From Lama glama (taxonomy: Eukaryota), in contig CM052816.1 of the NCBI GenBank assembly GCA_028534125.1, positions 13,704,001-13,768,000 on the forward strand: 64,000 bases of DNA, in the 5' to 3' direction. Positions 22,961-36,859 of this stretch are shown here, in pieces (the first letter of the stretch is position 1; each line of letters starts with the position of its first letter). The translations under genes were made by a program, and so were the position numbers. The notes under the pieces were generated by a model. That model did no database searches and was not told where the DNA came from. It was given only the letters and a program-made list of their open reading frames with translations.

Positions 22961-24784
22961 TAGGGAGAGCAGAGCCCCAGCCCTGGAAAGCGAGAAAGAG
23001 ACAAGAAGCTAAGAGGCTGAGCACCTATGTGTGTGCCAGGCATTGCAATAGGAATTCTGTGCGGGGTCTCATCTTTCATCCTCACAAACCCCCCTCTAGA
23101 GCAGGTGCTATTATCATTTGTATTCAGAGCATTTCGTGTAAAACTTAATAATGAAAGGAACATATCTACAAGGTCACATTTGCCTGTCTGCAAAAACAAA
23201 CCTCCCATACATATTTTGATGTAGCTATGGAGATTTGAGAGCAGGCATGTAGGTGGAAACAGATATCAAGGAAGCTGATACAAATTGAGAGAGGCGGAGT
23301 ATGGAGTGGTCTGGCTGGGTGACTAATCACAGTGGTAAAAATGTTTGTAATGGCAAATGGATTTAACTCCCAGTGGCTCAGTGGCTTCCATGTACGTGTG
23401 CGTGTGTGTATGTGTGTGTATCTGTTTGTCTGTCTCTGGCTCCCACAGGAACTGCCTGGGAAAAAAACATACAAAACCATACTGATCTGGTCAACCAGCC
23501 CTAGTGCAAACGTATTAGTAACAGTTTTTGAAGACTATTTTTTTTTCATCTTCTTGCACAGCTACATTAATTAAAGTCTTGAGTTCAGCAGACCACTAAT
23601 TGAAAAAGATCAATGTGATGACTAACAGGTCACCATAGTTATGAAAAAACAGAGTAGAAAATTATAGAAAAATATTATAACACTCTCAGAGACATCTTAA
23701 ACTTGTGGAAATTTAACACAAATGGGAAAATTGGGGGTTTTGGAATCCTTCACTTCCCCTTGCTACCCTCTACCACAACTCATCATCACCATAAGATAAT
23801 TTTTCATCATCACCATAGCTGTCCTCAGTTGTGTTAATTTAAAGATACAAAAAAAAAAAAAAAACCCTTGCTTTCCTGGGAGAGATACTTAAACCATACT
23901 TGTAGTAATGAGCTGCTTTATTAGAGTTGTTCAAAAAAAAATGTTAGCAATTCAGAGCTTGCAAGAAACCCTAATAATAGCAGCTTTTTTGGATTTACAA
24001 ACCCATAAGTCTGTGGACACTGTTTGACATTTGTTCAACATGAATAACATCCCCACGTGCTGTGTTCCTGATGCTTCTTGGCCAGCATTCTAGGGAAATG
24101 ACTTAACTCACACAGATAGGCTCAAAAAGGTTCACCCTGGACCAATATATCCTAATACTAATTGCCTCTTCCCACTGTTCTCATCAGGCCAAAAACATCC
24201 ATCATTTGTACCTCTCCAAGGTAACAATGGTAAAAAGCCCTGAGCTTGAATGCTGCCTCTGCCACTTCCCAGCTGGAACTGCGGCTCATAGTCTGAATCA
24301 GTTTCATCCCCTGCAAGATGGAAATATCAGAGCCATGAACTGAAAACGCTAGGCCAACACGGCAGACAGCGGAGAGAGCCAGACACACCTGGGCAACCAC
24401 TCTGGAGTCACCCTAACCTCCTGGGCTGGGTGACACTGGGTAAGTGCATCATTCATTTCCTTTAGGTTTCATGCTCTTCCCAATTATCACACCCGACTTA
24501 AGCCAATTATCCTTGAAGTTTTGCTTTCTCAATCCAGAGACCTCAATAACATCACATTGTACCACTCCTTCTCCCACAGTAAGGATCGAAAGTGCCCTCT
24601 GCACTAAAGGTCTGTAGCTTTTTTGAAGTTAATAAGGGTAGAACTTGTAACAACCATTTCTAGAACCATTCTTTCTTGCTGCTTTGGGTGGAGGAGGCGG
24701 CGGCCTCACTTGAAAACCCCCACTGGAAGCTGACATTCATTCCTACTGACAAATGTTTCAAAGAAACCTGATGTGATCCATACA

Positions 24785-24880
24785 TAGAGTGACCATACCC
24801 ACACTGGGGCAGTTTTGAGAAAAGGGACACTATAAAGAACTATTCTGACCCAGGACATACAGTCCATCCCGGCTGGGTCA
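24785..24880. mobile_element. hAT-Blackjack MITE remnant (MER94/MER81-like)
   Basis: tagagtgaccata..ttttgagaaaagggacactat..gggtca. Confidence 0.55.
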
Positions 24881-26124
24881 TTTGCAGAGAGGACCCTTCT
24901 CTCCCTTCAACCTAGTTTCAATCAAGGAAATCTAGAGGTCAGAAAGTTCCAGTAACGGCAAAGCCTCCTCCCCTCCTTTTCAGGACCAGCCTTTCCCGGA
25001 CTCAACAAAAGCACATCCCTAACCAACCTACATAAACCAGGCTTTTCCCTTGAGCACAATGGCCAACTTCCAATAACACCAAGAGCGAGGACCAGCGGCA
25101 CGGGAAGCACTTGGGTAAATAAGCAGACGTGCTGTCAGACTAGCTGGTTTGGGCTGAGGACAAGGTCAGGCTGGTGGAGGAATGAGATGCACCTGCTGTT
25201 TGTCAAAATCGCCTAGCCCAACAGTCCATGTCTTGGTAGGAGAGGCAAAGGCCAGATCTGGGCAACTCCAAAAGAGCCACGTGGCAGCTCTCCCTGAAGA
25301 CAGCTGGGGGTGCTGCCAACCCCCCAAAATCAGAGACGATCCCCTACACAAGTCCTTGTGAAATCAGACCATCCCCAGCTGTCAGTCACCAGTCCCCTGC
25401 ATATGAAGGCAAAACCTTTCTCCTTAGATCAACCCAAAGACACAGTGTTTTAGTTACAACTAATTATCCAGAAAAAGAAAGCAAATTTATATCAAAACAG
25501 CCTTTGGGAAAAATAATAACATGTATTTTTCGTTTTCATTTTCATTTTCCCAACCATTTTAGAATTGGCCAGGAAGGACCCTGGTTTATATGCTTGGCTT
25601 AAAAGAAACAAAAAGAATAATTATCTTAATTCATAACGACTTGTTTTATGATGCATTGTCTATAAGCCAAGACAAAAAATTAAATTGGTAAAAGTGGAAT
25701 AGAACAGAATGCAGGAATAATCCTTCCACTACAGTACACTCAAATATTTTTCCATAGGAAAGAGCAGAGATGTCAGAGAGGAAAACATTTTCCATTTTTT
25801 ACAGATACTTGTCTCCTGAGTATCTCCAGCATTTCCGACAACTTGCCAGGAGTTCCCAGGGAGTTCCAGGCTGAGAAGTCAATAAGGAGAAGGAAGAAAC
25901 TTCACAAAGCAAAGCATCTGTTCCCCCAGAAGAGGGTATGTAACTGCTTCCAGAAAAACCATCTACAAGTCCTATCTTTGGTAGACTGAGAAAAGCCAAG
26001 GGAACAAAGACCAGGAACAGTGATCTTGAAATTAATTACACCACTGGGAACGAGAACAGAAACTACCACACTCAGGGAATAAAGGGAGTATCAACAGTTC
26101 CCGGATGCCGGGGGGAGTCACAGC

Positions 26125-26345
26125 TGGTAACAATGGACATTTATGGAGCTCTCACAGGTGCCAGGCACTATGTGAGGCACTGGATATATGCACCAAGTTA
26201 ATCTCCCCAACAATCCTGAGAGGATTCTACCACCATCCTCATTTTGGAGACGAGAAGCCGGAAGCAGCTTCCAGATTCGGGTCAGCAGAGCTAGAAATGG
26301 ACCCCGACATTAACCCAAGAGCCCACTCTGTTGACCTCTACATTA
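26125..26345 (-). mobile_element. MIR
   Basis: catttatggagctctcacaggtgccaggcactatg..catcctcattttggagacgag. Confidence 0.75.
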
Positions 26346-29300
26346 TAAACGTCCTTCTATTATTGGTCACCCAGCTGGTGAACGTGGAGGTAAGGGCTGA
26401 ACCCCAGGCCTTCCTGGCCATAAGCCCACTCTCTTAACCCATACTCTACAGAGTTACCTGAGCGCTGTCACCGGTCACTGACCCAGCCCCCACCAATATG
26501 ATAATTCTACTACTGCCATTAATAACAGAGGACATCATTTGTTGAGGGCTTGCAGTGCCAGGATAAGAAAACTTTGGCTTAGAGACGTAAATTGACTCAG
26601 GTTCCAAATATGCGGAGGAGTCAGGATTTGAGCCAGGTCCACTGGACTCCAAAGACTGAGCTCTCAATCCCGCCAGCCGAGGCCAGGTCTGTAGCCAGAC
26701 CACAACCACAGACCAGGGGGCCGTGATAGCAACAACCGCGGAGGCCAACTGCAGAGGTGGCTGTCACAACGTCACGGACTCTTATTCCTCAAGTCTTCTT
26801 GCCTTTCATTACACACACACACACAGAAAAGCCCAGAAGCTGTTTCTTCCTTCACAACAGGTTAGAAACAATCAACCCAAAGGGAGAGAGAGGCAGTCAG
26901 TGACAATCTCAGTGACTGTAGGTGAGGTGACAACTGACACGGAAAGGGGAAGAAAATGAAAAACTGAAAAAGCAGACGCAAAATTATATGGCACATGAAT
27001 GAAGCACATAATGACAGGCCTGAGTCATCGAGAAAAAAATTGGTCTCTGTTTAAGCATCCTCTGTTTTTAAAAGCAGGGAAAGGCCTAACATTTCAGCCA
27101 GGTTTTGATCAAGTATTTAAAATTTTTTCAAGTCTTGGCATTTGAAATAGTAAGAGGCAGGGGTGGGCGTGTTGCTGGTGGAAACAGGCGGAGGGTAGAG
27201 GACGGCCCTTGGCGTCAGTGCTGAGAGCTACACGACGCCCAGCTACGCATGTGGCCAGGGCCCCGGGGAGGTCACCGCACCCAGGGGCCCGGGCGAGGGG
27301 GTGGGCCTCCCTGTCCCTCCCAGCACTAGAATTCTGTGGGACAGAACATGATGTGGTGACCAGTTGTGTGCCCTGGAGCCAGGCAATCCTGGGGTGATTC
27401 CCAGCGACCCCACTGGCAACTCATCTCTGGTTTGCTCCTGAGGATAATCTTCATATTCAACACATAGCGAAAATCACCAAAATGGTGATTCAGTGACTGA
27501 ACGAAACCACGCAACCCTGAATAAATTACTTTACTGTCTCTGAACTTTGTTTTCCTGCACTGCAAAGTGGGTGTGATAATTCCTGCGTTCTGGGATTGTG
27601 AGGATCAAACAAGTTAATTCTATAGAAGCACCTCATCCAGGGCTTGGATCTGAGCCTTGCTGGACTGTGACAACTGCACAGCTTGTCTTCCGTTACCCGG
27701 ACATCTGACCTGCAGAGCAGCCTCCATTCCCCTACAGTGATGGACAGAAGAAGCCCAGGTTCCTCAGCCTGTCAAATACACGAACTGCAATTTGAACAAA
27801 TATCTACACGCTTCCTCTGAAAAAATCCCCAAATTCAGCACTGTCTCACTGGTCATTAATACCCTTGTGAGCTCGAAAGATGTTCTAAAATCGACAAAGA
27901 CACAGAGCACAGCTGTAAGTTTCCCCGGGTTAACAAGCAAGTGGATAACAAAATCTAGGTCTTCCGACTCTGCTGTCTGCCCCTCCATCTCTGCTCAGCC
28001 CCTGGAAATGGAATACCCACAGGCATCCTGTGCAGAATTCCACAAATCCCAGGCGGGAGGAACTGCAGGAGCAAAGCAACACTATTGCAAGCAGATTTTA
28101 AAACTGTGTTCTGAGCACTGATTGCATCAAGGACACCTATAAATATCCTTTCTGCCTCAAGAAAGGTTTCCTCCTCTCTCATCCAGAATCTCTGCTGGAC
28201 AGAAAGACCTTCTGAGAACACTGGCTCCGAAGTACTTCTTGCTTTACCCTTCAGTCAGTGTTGCCAATTACACTTTTCAAAAAAAGAAAAAAATGTCCTG
28301 AATGTCCCAGAAGGAATTTATCATCCCTCTAAAGAATTACAATAGAAAAATGAGAAGCCTTTGAACTTTCGGTGGCCTGTGGGCAGGGAAGAGATTACAT
28401 CAAAGGCGCCGAGGCTGCTCCAGGCTGGGGTGCCAGGGCAGTCTCCAGGAAGAGGCTGCTGACCTGGGCCCCGTCCTGGGCTGGGCAATGGGGAGGGACC
28501 AGCCTCCGGGGCCTCCTTCTTGGCCTCCACATTCCCATCCTCATGTCCACCTCCAGCAGGAGGGGCAATGAGTGAGAACCCCAGACCCTTTGGCAGTGGG
28601 TGGAAGAGGGCAACGAACCACCCCCTTCCTCCAGAATGACTTCTCCTTACTCAATAATGACAACAGTAGCAATAATAATCACAGTTATTATTACTAACAC
28701 CAGTATGTGCTATGTGCCAGTATTGTGCGTAATGCACTGTTGCCATCGCTTTAAATATATGAGCTGATTTAAATTCTCACAACTATCCTACGAAGGAGGC
28801 CGTGTTACTATCCCCAGGATCACACAACTAGGGAATGATACTGTTCGCCCAGGCCCACTTCCCAAGCTTGAAGGAGAGAGGAAGCCTCTTGTTCTTGTTG
28901 GAGAGAAGGCAGAACACAGATCTCGCATATAGAAGACAATCAATAAATACAAATGAATTAAAAGAGCAGTTGGCCCATGCTCACATGAGTTATACCTGTA
29001 AAAGTTACCAGCCCCCTTTCTCCCTTCCCTGCCTGGAGTGGCAGAGGGCAGAAGACCCTCAATAAATATTTAACATGTGCCAGATTCTCCCTAAGTCCTA
29101 AATCATAGTTCCTGTGCATCTCGCTCAAAGCCCAGCCCCTACTGTGGCACTCCTGATGCCCTGTCCCGTTAGTAAGGCCTCCTGGGAAGTCCTTTTCTAG
29201 TCAATGCTTAGTTCCTGGATCCCTCATTTATTATATGCTCTGAAGCCCCACAGAGACACAGCTGCTGGGACCACTTTCTGTGGGCGTCTTGACAGTTAAG

Positions 29301-30694
29301 CACGGTGGCAGCCGGCAGTCTCACCTCCCACCTTTGCTGGCTGTGTAATCAGCCTCCTTTTAATCCTGCCAAGCTCCGTGCTGCCTGGCACATGAGGCCA
29401 GAAGCTGCACATGGGTAATAATTTAACAAATCACCTGTCTGGCTCTTCTGCCAGGACACCCACTCAGGAGCTTACACGGCTGCTGATGCTAGGGTTCCAG
29501 CCCTGCGGGATGTCAGATAAAAGGCAGGCACCAGGGCCTCGGGGCGCACACACTTTCCAGCTCTGTCCTGCCAAAGAAAATCCAGGTGAGGTGTTTGCTA
29601 AGAGGGGACCCTCAGAGATTGGGCCTCCTGCCCCACACCTCCTCCTTGGGGATTTTTAAATACTTCTATTTTGCCAAATGCAGGACTAACAGAGCTCTGC
29701 TCAAGAAGCAACGGCACATACTCTCAGGAACCAGGATGGCAGGGACACCCCAGGACACACCTGTAAGACACAGAGAGAGACGAAAACAAACTGCCAAGTC
29801 CACCCAAAACACTCTGAAACCTCTACAGACTTCCACAACCAAACAACCAAAAACACGAGACGTGAAACTAACTATGGTGCTAGCTCCAAAACGTGTGACT
29901 CATCCCCTGCCCGGGACCGCGGGAAGACAAGTGAACTGGTCCGCAAACCACATGCAGTACCCCCTCATCGTGTTGGCTGTTTATCTGTAAACCACTGAAA
30001 GAGAAGATCTGTTCAAGGTGACAAATAAGATGCCCGTTTTTAAAGAGGGACAATTCTGCTGCGACAGGCCTTACAAAAGGACAAATCACTCTGCCCACTG
30101 CAGTGGCAGGGGGAAGTTAACCCAAGGAGACATTGCCTTTAAATAACCATCAGCAAGCTATAAGCTGTCACAAGCAATTACTGCTGTCAAAGACATGTGA
30201 ACACGCATATTATGGCATTCACATTAAAGACAGTGGAGCATAGACTTTTAGGTTAATCTAAAAAAAATGTTCCAAACCAGACTGTCAATCCGATGCCTTG
30301 AGAAGGGAAACGGGTTTTTTAAACCACAATACTCGCTTATTACCAGTGCTTTGAGATTGGTTTGCCATTAACACAAGGTAACGGCAGGGTGACATGGTTT
30401 GTTCCCCCGAAAAAACAGAGCAGTGTCTAAGGTCACAGAGGCCCTCTAACCAGGCTTCAGGGTGGGCAGTGGGAGAACTGGAGCCGCACTCACCACTCTG
30501 TGGCTTTACTTCTGCAGGGAGGAAGGGGAGCTGCATGGCGAGTGGGAACTTCCATCAGGTACCCAAGCAGCCAGCATCTTCTATCTGCTATCATTTACCA
30601 TTTTAAAGGCACCAGGCAGAAGCCACGGCCCCACGTACCCCAGCTTTCTCTGCAGGTCAGTGCCCTTATCTGACAGAGTTAAATGCTTGGGTAT

Positions 30695-30935
30695 TTAGCA
30701 CAAGCTTCAGAGCCAGGTGGCCCAGGGTCTAATCCCTGCTCCACCTTCAGCAGCTGCATGACGCTGGCCAAGTCACTTTGTAAGTTTCCTCAGCAGTTAA
30801 AAAGGCAACAGTGAGACCACCTGCCTCATAAAGTTGTTGAGAGGAATAAATGACAAAGCGTATTGGAAATGCTTAGCACAGGGCCTGTCTCAGGAAGCAC
30901 ACCCGGTGAATGGCAGCTGCTGTTATCAACAGCAG
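30695..30935 (+). mobile_element. MIR
   Basis: gggtctaatccctgctccacc..cctcataaagttgttgagaggaataaatga..gcttagcacagggcctg. Confidence 0.85.
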
Positions 30936-32093
30936 TAACATTTCCATAAACTGAGGCTCACCTGTGACCAGGACAATAAAGGTGCTTCATCTACTCAGTT
31001 ATTCAGCAAATATTTACTGACGGCTCCCACAAGTGCCAGGCACCGTGCGAGAGGTCAGAGATCCAACAGTGAAGAGGGCGGGCTCAAACTTCAACAATTC
31101 CAGTCTGCTGGGGAGACGTGCACGAAACCAACATAGTGGCCGGGGTTCCAGATTAAAAAAACAAAACGAAACAAAATACACAACAGAAGAGTACAAATGC
31201 CTGTTCATAATTTAGAATGGATTTTAATTGTGACGTGGGTCAAAAAATCTATATATCAAGAATTATGTGATACTTTTTCCTTAAATGGGAATTACACTAA
31301 GTTTCAGCCGCTTTTGCCAACACACCTGTGGAGAGTTAATGTTCAACAGTGGGCTAAAGTTCAGCACCAACTGGAGGAGCCGCCAGATCAATCTACACCA
31401 GAAAGAAGACAGCCGGCCCCTTCGGAGATGAATGGAGTCCAGCGTATATGTCACCAGAAAACGCACAATCACAAGACTAAAGACGCATGGATATCCAGCT
31501 GGCTGCATTTATTAACTGTGGGGATGAGTCATCAGGCAACTCTCTAGGCAAATGTAAGTTAAGACTAAACTGGCTTATTGTTGACAATTCATGAAACAGT
31601 GCAACAGAAAGATGAAGAGCAAGCCAACGCTAAGCAACAGGTAAGAAGGCAAAGAAAATGAACGAGCAAAGATCTCTCTCTCCAAGATACCCGTGACCAG
31701 CTGAGAAGTCAATTCCATTACTTCCTTAAAGCCCATGATGACACTCTTAGAAGAAATTCCTTACAGGGAATGAAGTTTGTTTAGCAGATCAATAGGGTAT
31801 CACCTCCAATTTATGTGCCTCAAAGGGTTGGGTCAGAAACCACTTTATGGCCAACATAAAAGCTCATATCAATTCATCAATGCAGGTCAAAAACCCCTTT
31901 ATCTAGATCTAAGTCAATTGATAATCAGCTGAGCACCAGTCAGCAAAGGACAAAGATGAAAAAACATTACACATAAAGGAACCCTATCTCCTAAACAAGA
32001 TTTTAAGGAAATATGGCTTCTTAATAAAAGCTCCTCCACAGCACAGAGTTAGCATTGGAAATTGACTCACCAGATGGAGAAGGATATCTAGAC

Positions 32094-32255
32094 CAGTGCT
32101 TCTCAAGTTTTAGTGTTCATATAAATTACCTGGGTATCTTGTTAAACTGCCAGTTCCATTCCATAGGTACCAGGTGGGGCCCAAGATTCTGCATGTGTAA
32201 CAAATTCCCAGATGCTGCAGATGCTAGGGGTCCACAAGCCACACTGAGAGGTGAG
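32094..32255. mobile_element. MER5A-like hAT-Charlie element
   Basis: cagtgcttctcaag..ttacctgggtatcttgttaaa..ggtggggcccaagattctgcat..aacaaattcccag. Confidence 0.85.
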
Positions 32256-33138
32256 GTCCAGCAATGAACATCCCCCTTGCTGTCCGGGGTTACAGATGGC
32301 TCAGAGAGTAGAGCGGAAGCCAAGAACTCCACTACCAGAATGATGCATGTGTGTACCTGCAGACATGGGCACATACGTGCAAAATTTCAAAATTCTACTC
32401 CAGGCAGTGAAGGCGCCTCCCCATCTCTGTGAGGTGGCCCATGGATCCCCAGAAAGGAACCTCTGCCTTAGGAGCCTGAGGGTCACTGATACCAACACCA
32501 GGCAAGCTGGGGGTGGGGTGGAGGGATGTAACCCCTTTACCACTTTGGCCCACGTGGGAGCAATTCCTGCTGTCTTCCCTTGGTCCAAGGTAACACGGAT
32601 AAGATGCTTTAAAGATGATAGATAATAAATAGGAAATTTTTAAAAAGAATATCAGGGAACTCCCTAATCTGTCTCCAAGATACAGCCGACTCATCTCTCG
32701 AGGAGCCCTCCCTTCTGGTGTTCTCACCGCTTTGTGGCATTGCCTTCCCAGGTCATTCCATTTCTAGTCAAGACCCAGGAGCAGCAGGCTGTCCTGAAAT
32801 CTCAATTTGCTCACCTGTGAAATGCAGTTAGGAACAGACACCACTTCATAGCATTCTGGGGAAGAACAAGAAAGTGTATCCAAGATGTGCCTGGCACACT
32901 GCAATTCCTTTAAAAAATGCTTCCTCACTACTGTGTCTTTATTATTATGGCCTTTATGGACATGCAGAGATCAAGATCCATTCACATGACAAGATTTCTT
33001 TCTTTCCTAAGCAGAAGAGCTTAACTGCTATGCCGCGACTTGGGGCAAAAGCCAGCTCCCACCATCCCGCTGCTGCACAGATACACACAACCACACAACC
33101 GTCTGAGAACCATGCTGGTGGCTGCTGCTGCCACTCAC

Positions 33139-33254
33139 AAACCCTGTGGTTGTCTTTTCTGCTGTTTTTTTTTTTTTTGCTTTTTTTTTTTTACAGTGGC
33201 CAAATGCACTGTGATTGTCTCTTAACAATCCTTGTGGCCAGGCAGGTTTATATA
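33139..33254 (-). promoter_or_regulatory. Candidate TATA promoter plus short non-coding first exon
   Basis: TATATAAA on the minus strand at 33247-33254, an A-rich leader, then donor TTT/gtgagt at 33133-33138. Confidence 0.3.
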
Positions 33255-33263
33255 CCGCTGGAT

Positions 33264-33321
33264 CTAAGATCGTATTGAAAGCCTTCAGCTCTGGGCTGGC
33301 ATCATTCAATACGATCCTTAG
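33264..33321. repeat. Short hairpin / inverted repeat
   Basis: gatcgtattgaa (33268-33279) / ttcaatacgatc (33305-33316) is a perfect 12-bp match, extended by ctaa/ttag past a 1-nt bulge. Confidence 0.9.
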
Positions 33322-33571
33322 TTTTCATTATAGCATCTTGAACTAACAAGGCCAAACCCAAACACGAAATGGCTGTTCAGAGAAAAGAGAGCTGTAGTGC
33401 TAAGAAATCCTTAATAATTTGTGATATAAATTGATCCTGCAACCTTCTGTCCACAGACCTCAAGAACTCTTAACATGAAGATTTTGCCAGTTTGCACAAC
33501 AATCCTCAGGCCCCTGAGGTTGGTAAGAACTGGATTCTCAATTTTGGGGTCTCCCAGAGCTCTTTAAGCTC

Positions 33572-33750
33572 CAGTGTTCCTCAATGCAATGTCCAAGAAT
33601 CACCTGCTTTTGTAACCTAAATCCTCATGAAAATACCTGTGCCTGGGTTCCATTCCAACCGCTACGTCAAAATTTCTGGGGACAGAAACTGCAATTTTTA
33701 ATAAATCATCCCCAGAAAGTTCCAATGCACACTAATTTTTTAAACCAAGC
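33572..33750. mobile_element. MER5-like hAT fragment
   Basis: cagtgttcctcaa..agaatcacctg..aaatttctgggg..ctgcaatttttaataaatcatcccca. Confidence 0.6.
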
Positions 33751-34419
33751 TAAGACCTACCCCCCAGGGAAAAAGGGGTAGGAAATACAAGTAAACACAC
33801 TCAAAATTTTGCCTACCGCCTCAAGGGATTCACAGACCTCCTGAGTCTTCTCAGGCTCACGGGTAAAAATTCCTGGTCTACACATCACAGTCACGTTCCC
33901 CAACTACAGTCATTCACACAGACATCACCTTCACTTTCTTTCTCCAAATCCGTATCATTTAAAATTTTTAAATAAACTCACTTATATGTACATGCCTTAT
34001 GAAAAGAAATGCTGTATGTAATAGCTGTGAAACTGTGGGTTTGATCCTTAGGTTTAAGTTTTCCAAATAAAAAATATGATTATCAATACAAAAAAGTTTG
34101 ATATTGTATATCCTAAAACCATCGCCCATATCACCTAACTGACATAAGCACTACTCCACTTCAAGAAACAGTTTAGTGTCATCTACTGGGGCATTTTATG
34201 AGGCACCGATGGCCTGTGACATGAGGGGCTGTCTATTCTGGCAAACCCCAGATGATACTTAGAGCCGGCTAGGGGAGAAAGAAAGAGGGCTTTCCTTCCA
34301 GCCAGAAGGCCAGGAGATATGACATGCTTGGGGTCACTGACCTGTTCATATGCCCTTTCTGTGACTAGCCTGTCCCCATCAGTGAGGTGAGACACGCCCA
34401 GCCTAGTCCCAGCCCTGCC

Positions 34420-34805
34420 TCCTTACCGCAGGGACAGACGTGGGCATCTGAGCTAGCTGGGCCTATCTGCATCTCTTCAGGGAATCTGTAATTAGGGCAC
34501 AGAGGAGCCAGTTCATTGATGCTAAACATTCAGACCAAGGAATGTTTCAGAACTGGGCTGGGGCAGCCCCGTTCTCCCCTGTGTGCACGCTGAGTGGAGA
34601 AAGATGGTCTGTGGAGGCAAATGAGAGGAGACACAAGCAGCCTCAGAGGGAAAGTACAACGCAACCCAGCTCCAGACTTCCCAGTTCCTGGTTCCCGGCC
34701 AGGTGCACTTCCTGCCCTCGGGGTCCATGGGACATCCCAGCAACCCAGCAATAAATTCCTCCTCTTGGCTTCAGCTGGTTTAAGCTCCTTGCCCCCAAAT
34801 CACCA
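34420..34805 (+). mobile_element. Old MaLR LTR fragment (MLT1K/L-like)
   Basis: 3' part caataaattcctcctcttggcttcagctggttt; internal agatggtctgtggag..gagaggagacacaagcag. Confidence 0.6.
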
Positions 34806-35089
34806 CTAAACTGAGAGTCCCTGTGCTGCACAGCCCAGGCTCAAATGAGCAGGTGGAGATGAAGGAAGGCCAGGGGCCGAGAGCCAAGAGCCGGAGCCAG
34901 GGAGGACACTCTTCCAGACACGCCCAGAGAGAGGATGGGGCTGGAAGCTTATCACAGGGACACAGAAGGGGGATTCTAATGGCATCCCCTCCACATCATT
35001 CCAGGTGAGAGGTGACCCAAGCAGGAGTTGACACAGGTGCATGGAGCTCTTCCCCCATGGATGGTGGACAATGAATTAGAAAGTTGACA

Positions 35090-35300
35090 AACACAGCTGA
35101 CATTTACCGAGTGCTGGCATATGAGCTAGGCTGTCACAATTATGATCTCATTTATTCTTCCTGAGAGCCCACGGAAGATGGTAATGTCATTTTCCCAGCT
35201 TTATACATGAGGAAACTGAGACTCAGAAAAATTAAGTGACTTCCCAGGTGATAACGCTAATGAATAGAAGATCCCAACCGCAGTGTCTGAGCACTTACCC
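35090..35300 (-). mobile_element. MIR
   Basis: atgaggaaactgagactcagaaaaattaagtgacttccca. Confidence 0.85.
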
Positions 35301-36471
35301 ATCACGCTATGTTGCTTTATGAAATGATATTAAAGGACAGTACAGAGACGCCAGGGACCGTGAGTGTCTGCGTGGCAGCAGAAGGTTCAGCCACCAAAGA
35401 ATGCTCCCTCCAGCAGCCCTGCCTCCTGAGCCAGTCCCTGACCCCAGCCAGCAATGCCACACCTGTGGGCACAGCACCAAGAAAGTAAGAGGGTACAAAG
35501 GTAAGAAGCTGGAAGAGGGGTGCCGCCTGGCTGGGACGTGGTTCGGCTGGCCCGAACAAGGTCCAGTGGAGCCCAGGTCACTGATACACAGTTAGAGTGA
35601 TTTTTTTTTTTTTGACGTTAACTGGTACCTGGCATCTCCTTTGTGGTCCCACAAGGAGTGGAAGGGAAGATACACTCCCAGGTAAGGCAGATCTAAGCAA
35701 ACCTGCCAAGAGCCGTGCTGTCAGAACTCCTAACAAATACTGGGGCAGGAATCACTTTCCTGGGTTTGGGGCTGGATGATGTGCTAGGGGAGAGGAGGCA
35801 GAACCTTAATCCTTGACCCCAGAGCCTGTTCTGATACCCCTATTATTCATATCTCATTTCTAAACCCTGGAGCCCAGAGCAGGCAACTAAGCTGTCACAG
35901 TTTACAAATCAGTTACAACTAAAGCGCTGATTCCCCAAACTCCAAGTATATCCCAAGTCTAGTCAGGAATTTTAAACAAGGCACCTGAACTTTGCAATGC
36001 TTGTGCAGCTAGTTTTCCTATGACAACAGTGCTGACACATCCACTTCTCCCCATCTTTACAGTCCAACAAGGCAATTTGACAAGGCTTGGGTGTAGTGAC
36101 TGTTCTGGGCAAGGCACTGAGCCAAGGACAGAAGTCACGCCAAGCAGTCCTCACCGTCTCACGAGAGGTGGGTGCTACAGACGGCTGCCAGGGTTAGGGG
36201 ATGCAGCCTATGGTCGGGGAACCAGACTAACAAAGATGCTGGCTTGGGTGGAACCCGACCCAAGATCCAATGCCACCCACAGACCACCTAAGATCCCCTG
36301 AGCCTTCATCATGTGTCCATCAGAAAAACCCACCTTACAAATCAAGGCTTTCAAGGCACCCGCCCCTCAGCATCTTACCCCCTGTATGTCTGAGTCTTCC
36401 TCACTTGGCTCCTTGCTTCCTTCTCTTACCCTCAGAGGGAGACGGTCCCCCCAAGTGCTGCCCAAACTCCT

Positions 36472-36848
36472 TGCTACAGACTGCATGTTTGTTTCCCTGC
36501 CAAAATTCACATATTGAAACCGCACCTCCCAAGGTGATGGTTTTAGGAGGCGGGGACTACAAGAGGTAACTAGGATTAGGTGAGGTCATGAGGGTGGAGC
36601 CCCCATGATGGGATTAGCACCCTTCAAGAGTCATAAGAGAGCCTGCTCTCTCCCTCTGCTCCTTGCCATGTGGGGATACAACAGGAAGTCAACCTGCAAC
36701 CCGGAAGAGGATCCCCCCCCCGAGAACAGACCATGCTGGCACTCTCAGCTTGGACTTCCAGCCCCCAGAGCTGTGAGAAATGAATCTCTGTGGTTAGTAC
36801 CACCCAGCCTATGGCAACTTGTCATAGCAGCCCGGATGCACTAAGCCA
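36472..36848 (+). mobile_element. MaLR solo LTR (MLT1A0-like), nested in an L2
   Basis: tgctacagactgcatgtttg..aaaattcacatattgaaacc..gaggtcatgagggtggagcccccatgatgggattag; TSD ctcct/cccct. Confidence 0.9.
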
Positions 36849-36859
36849 CCCCTTCTCTC

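Noticed and set aside
27165..27315. Small GC/CpG-rich patch
   Set aside because: Only ~150 bp, too short for a CpG island, with no linked exon.
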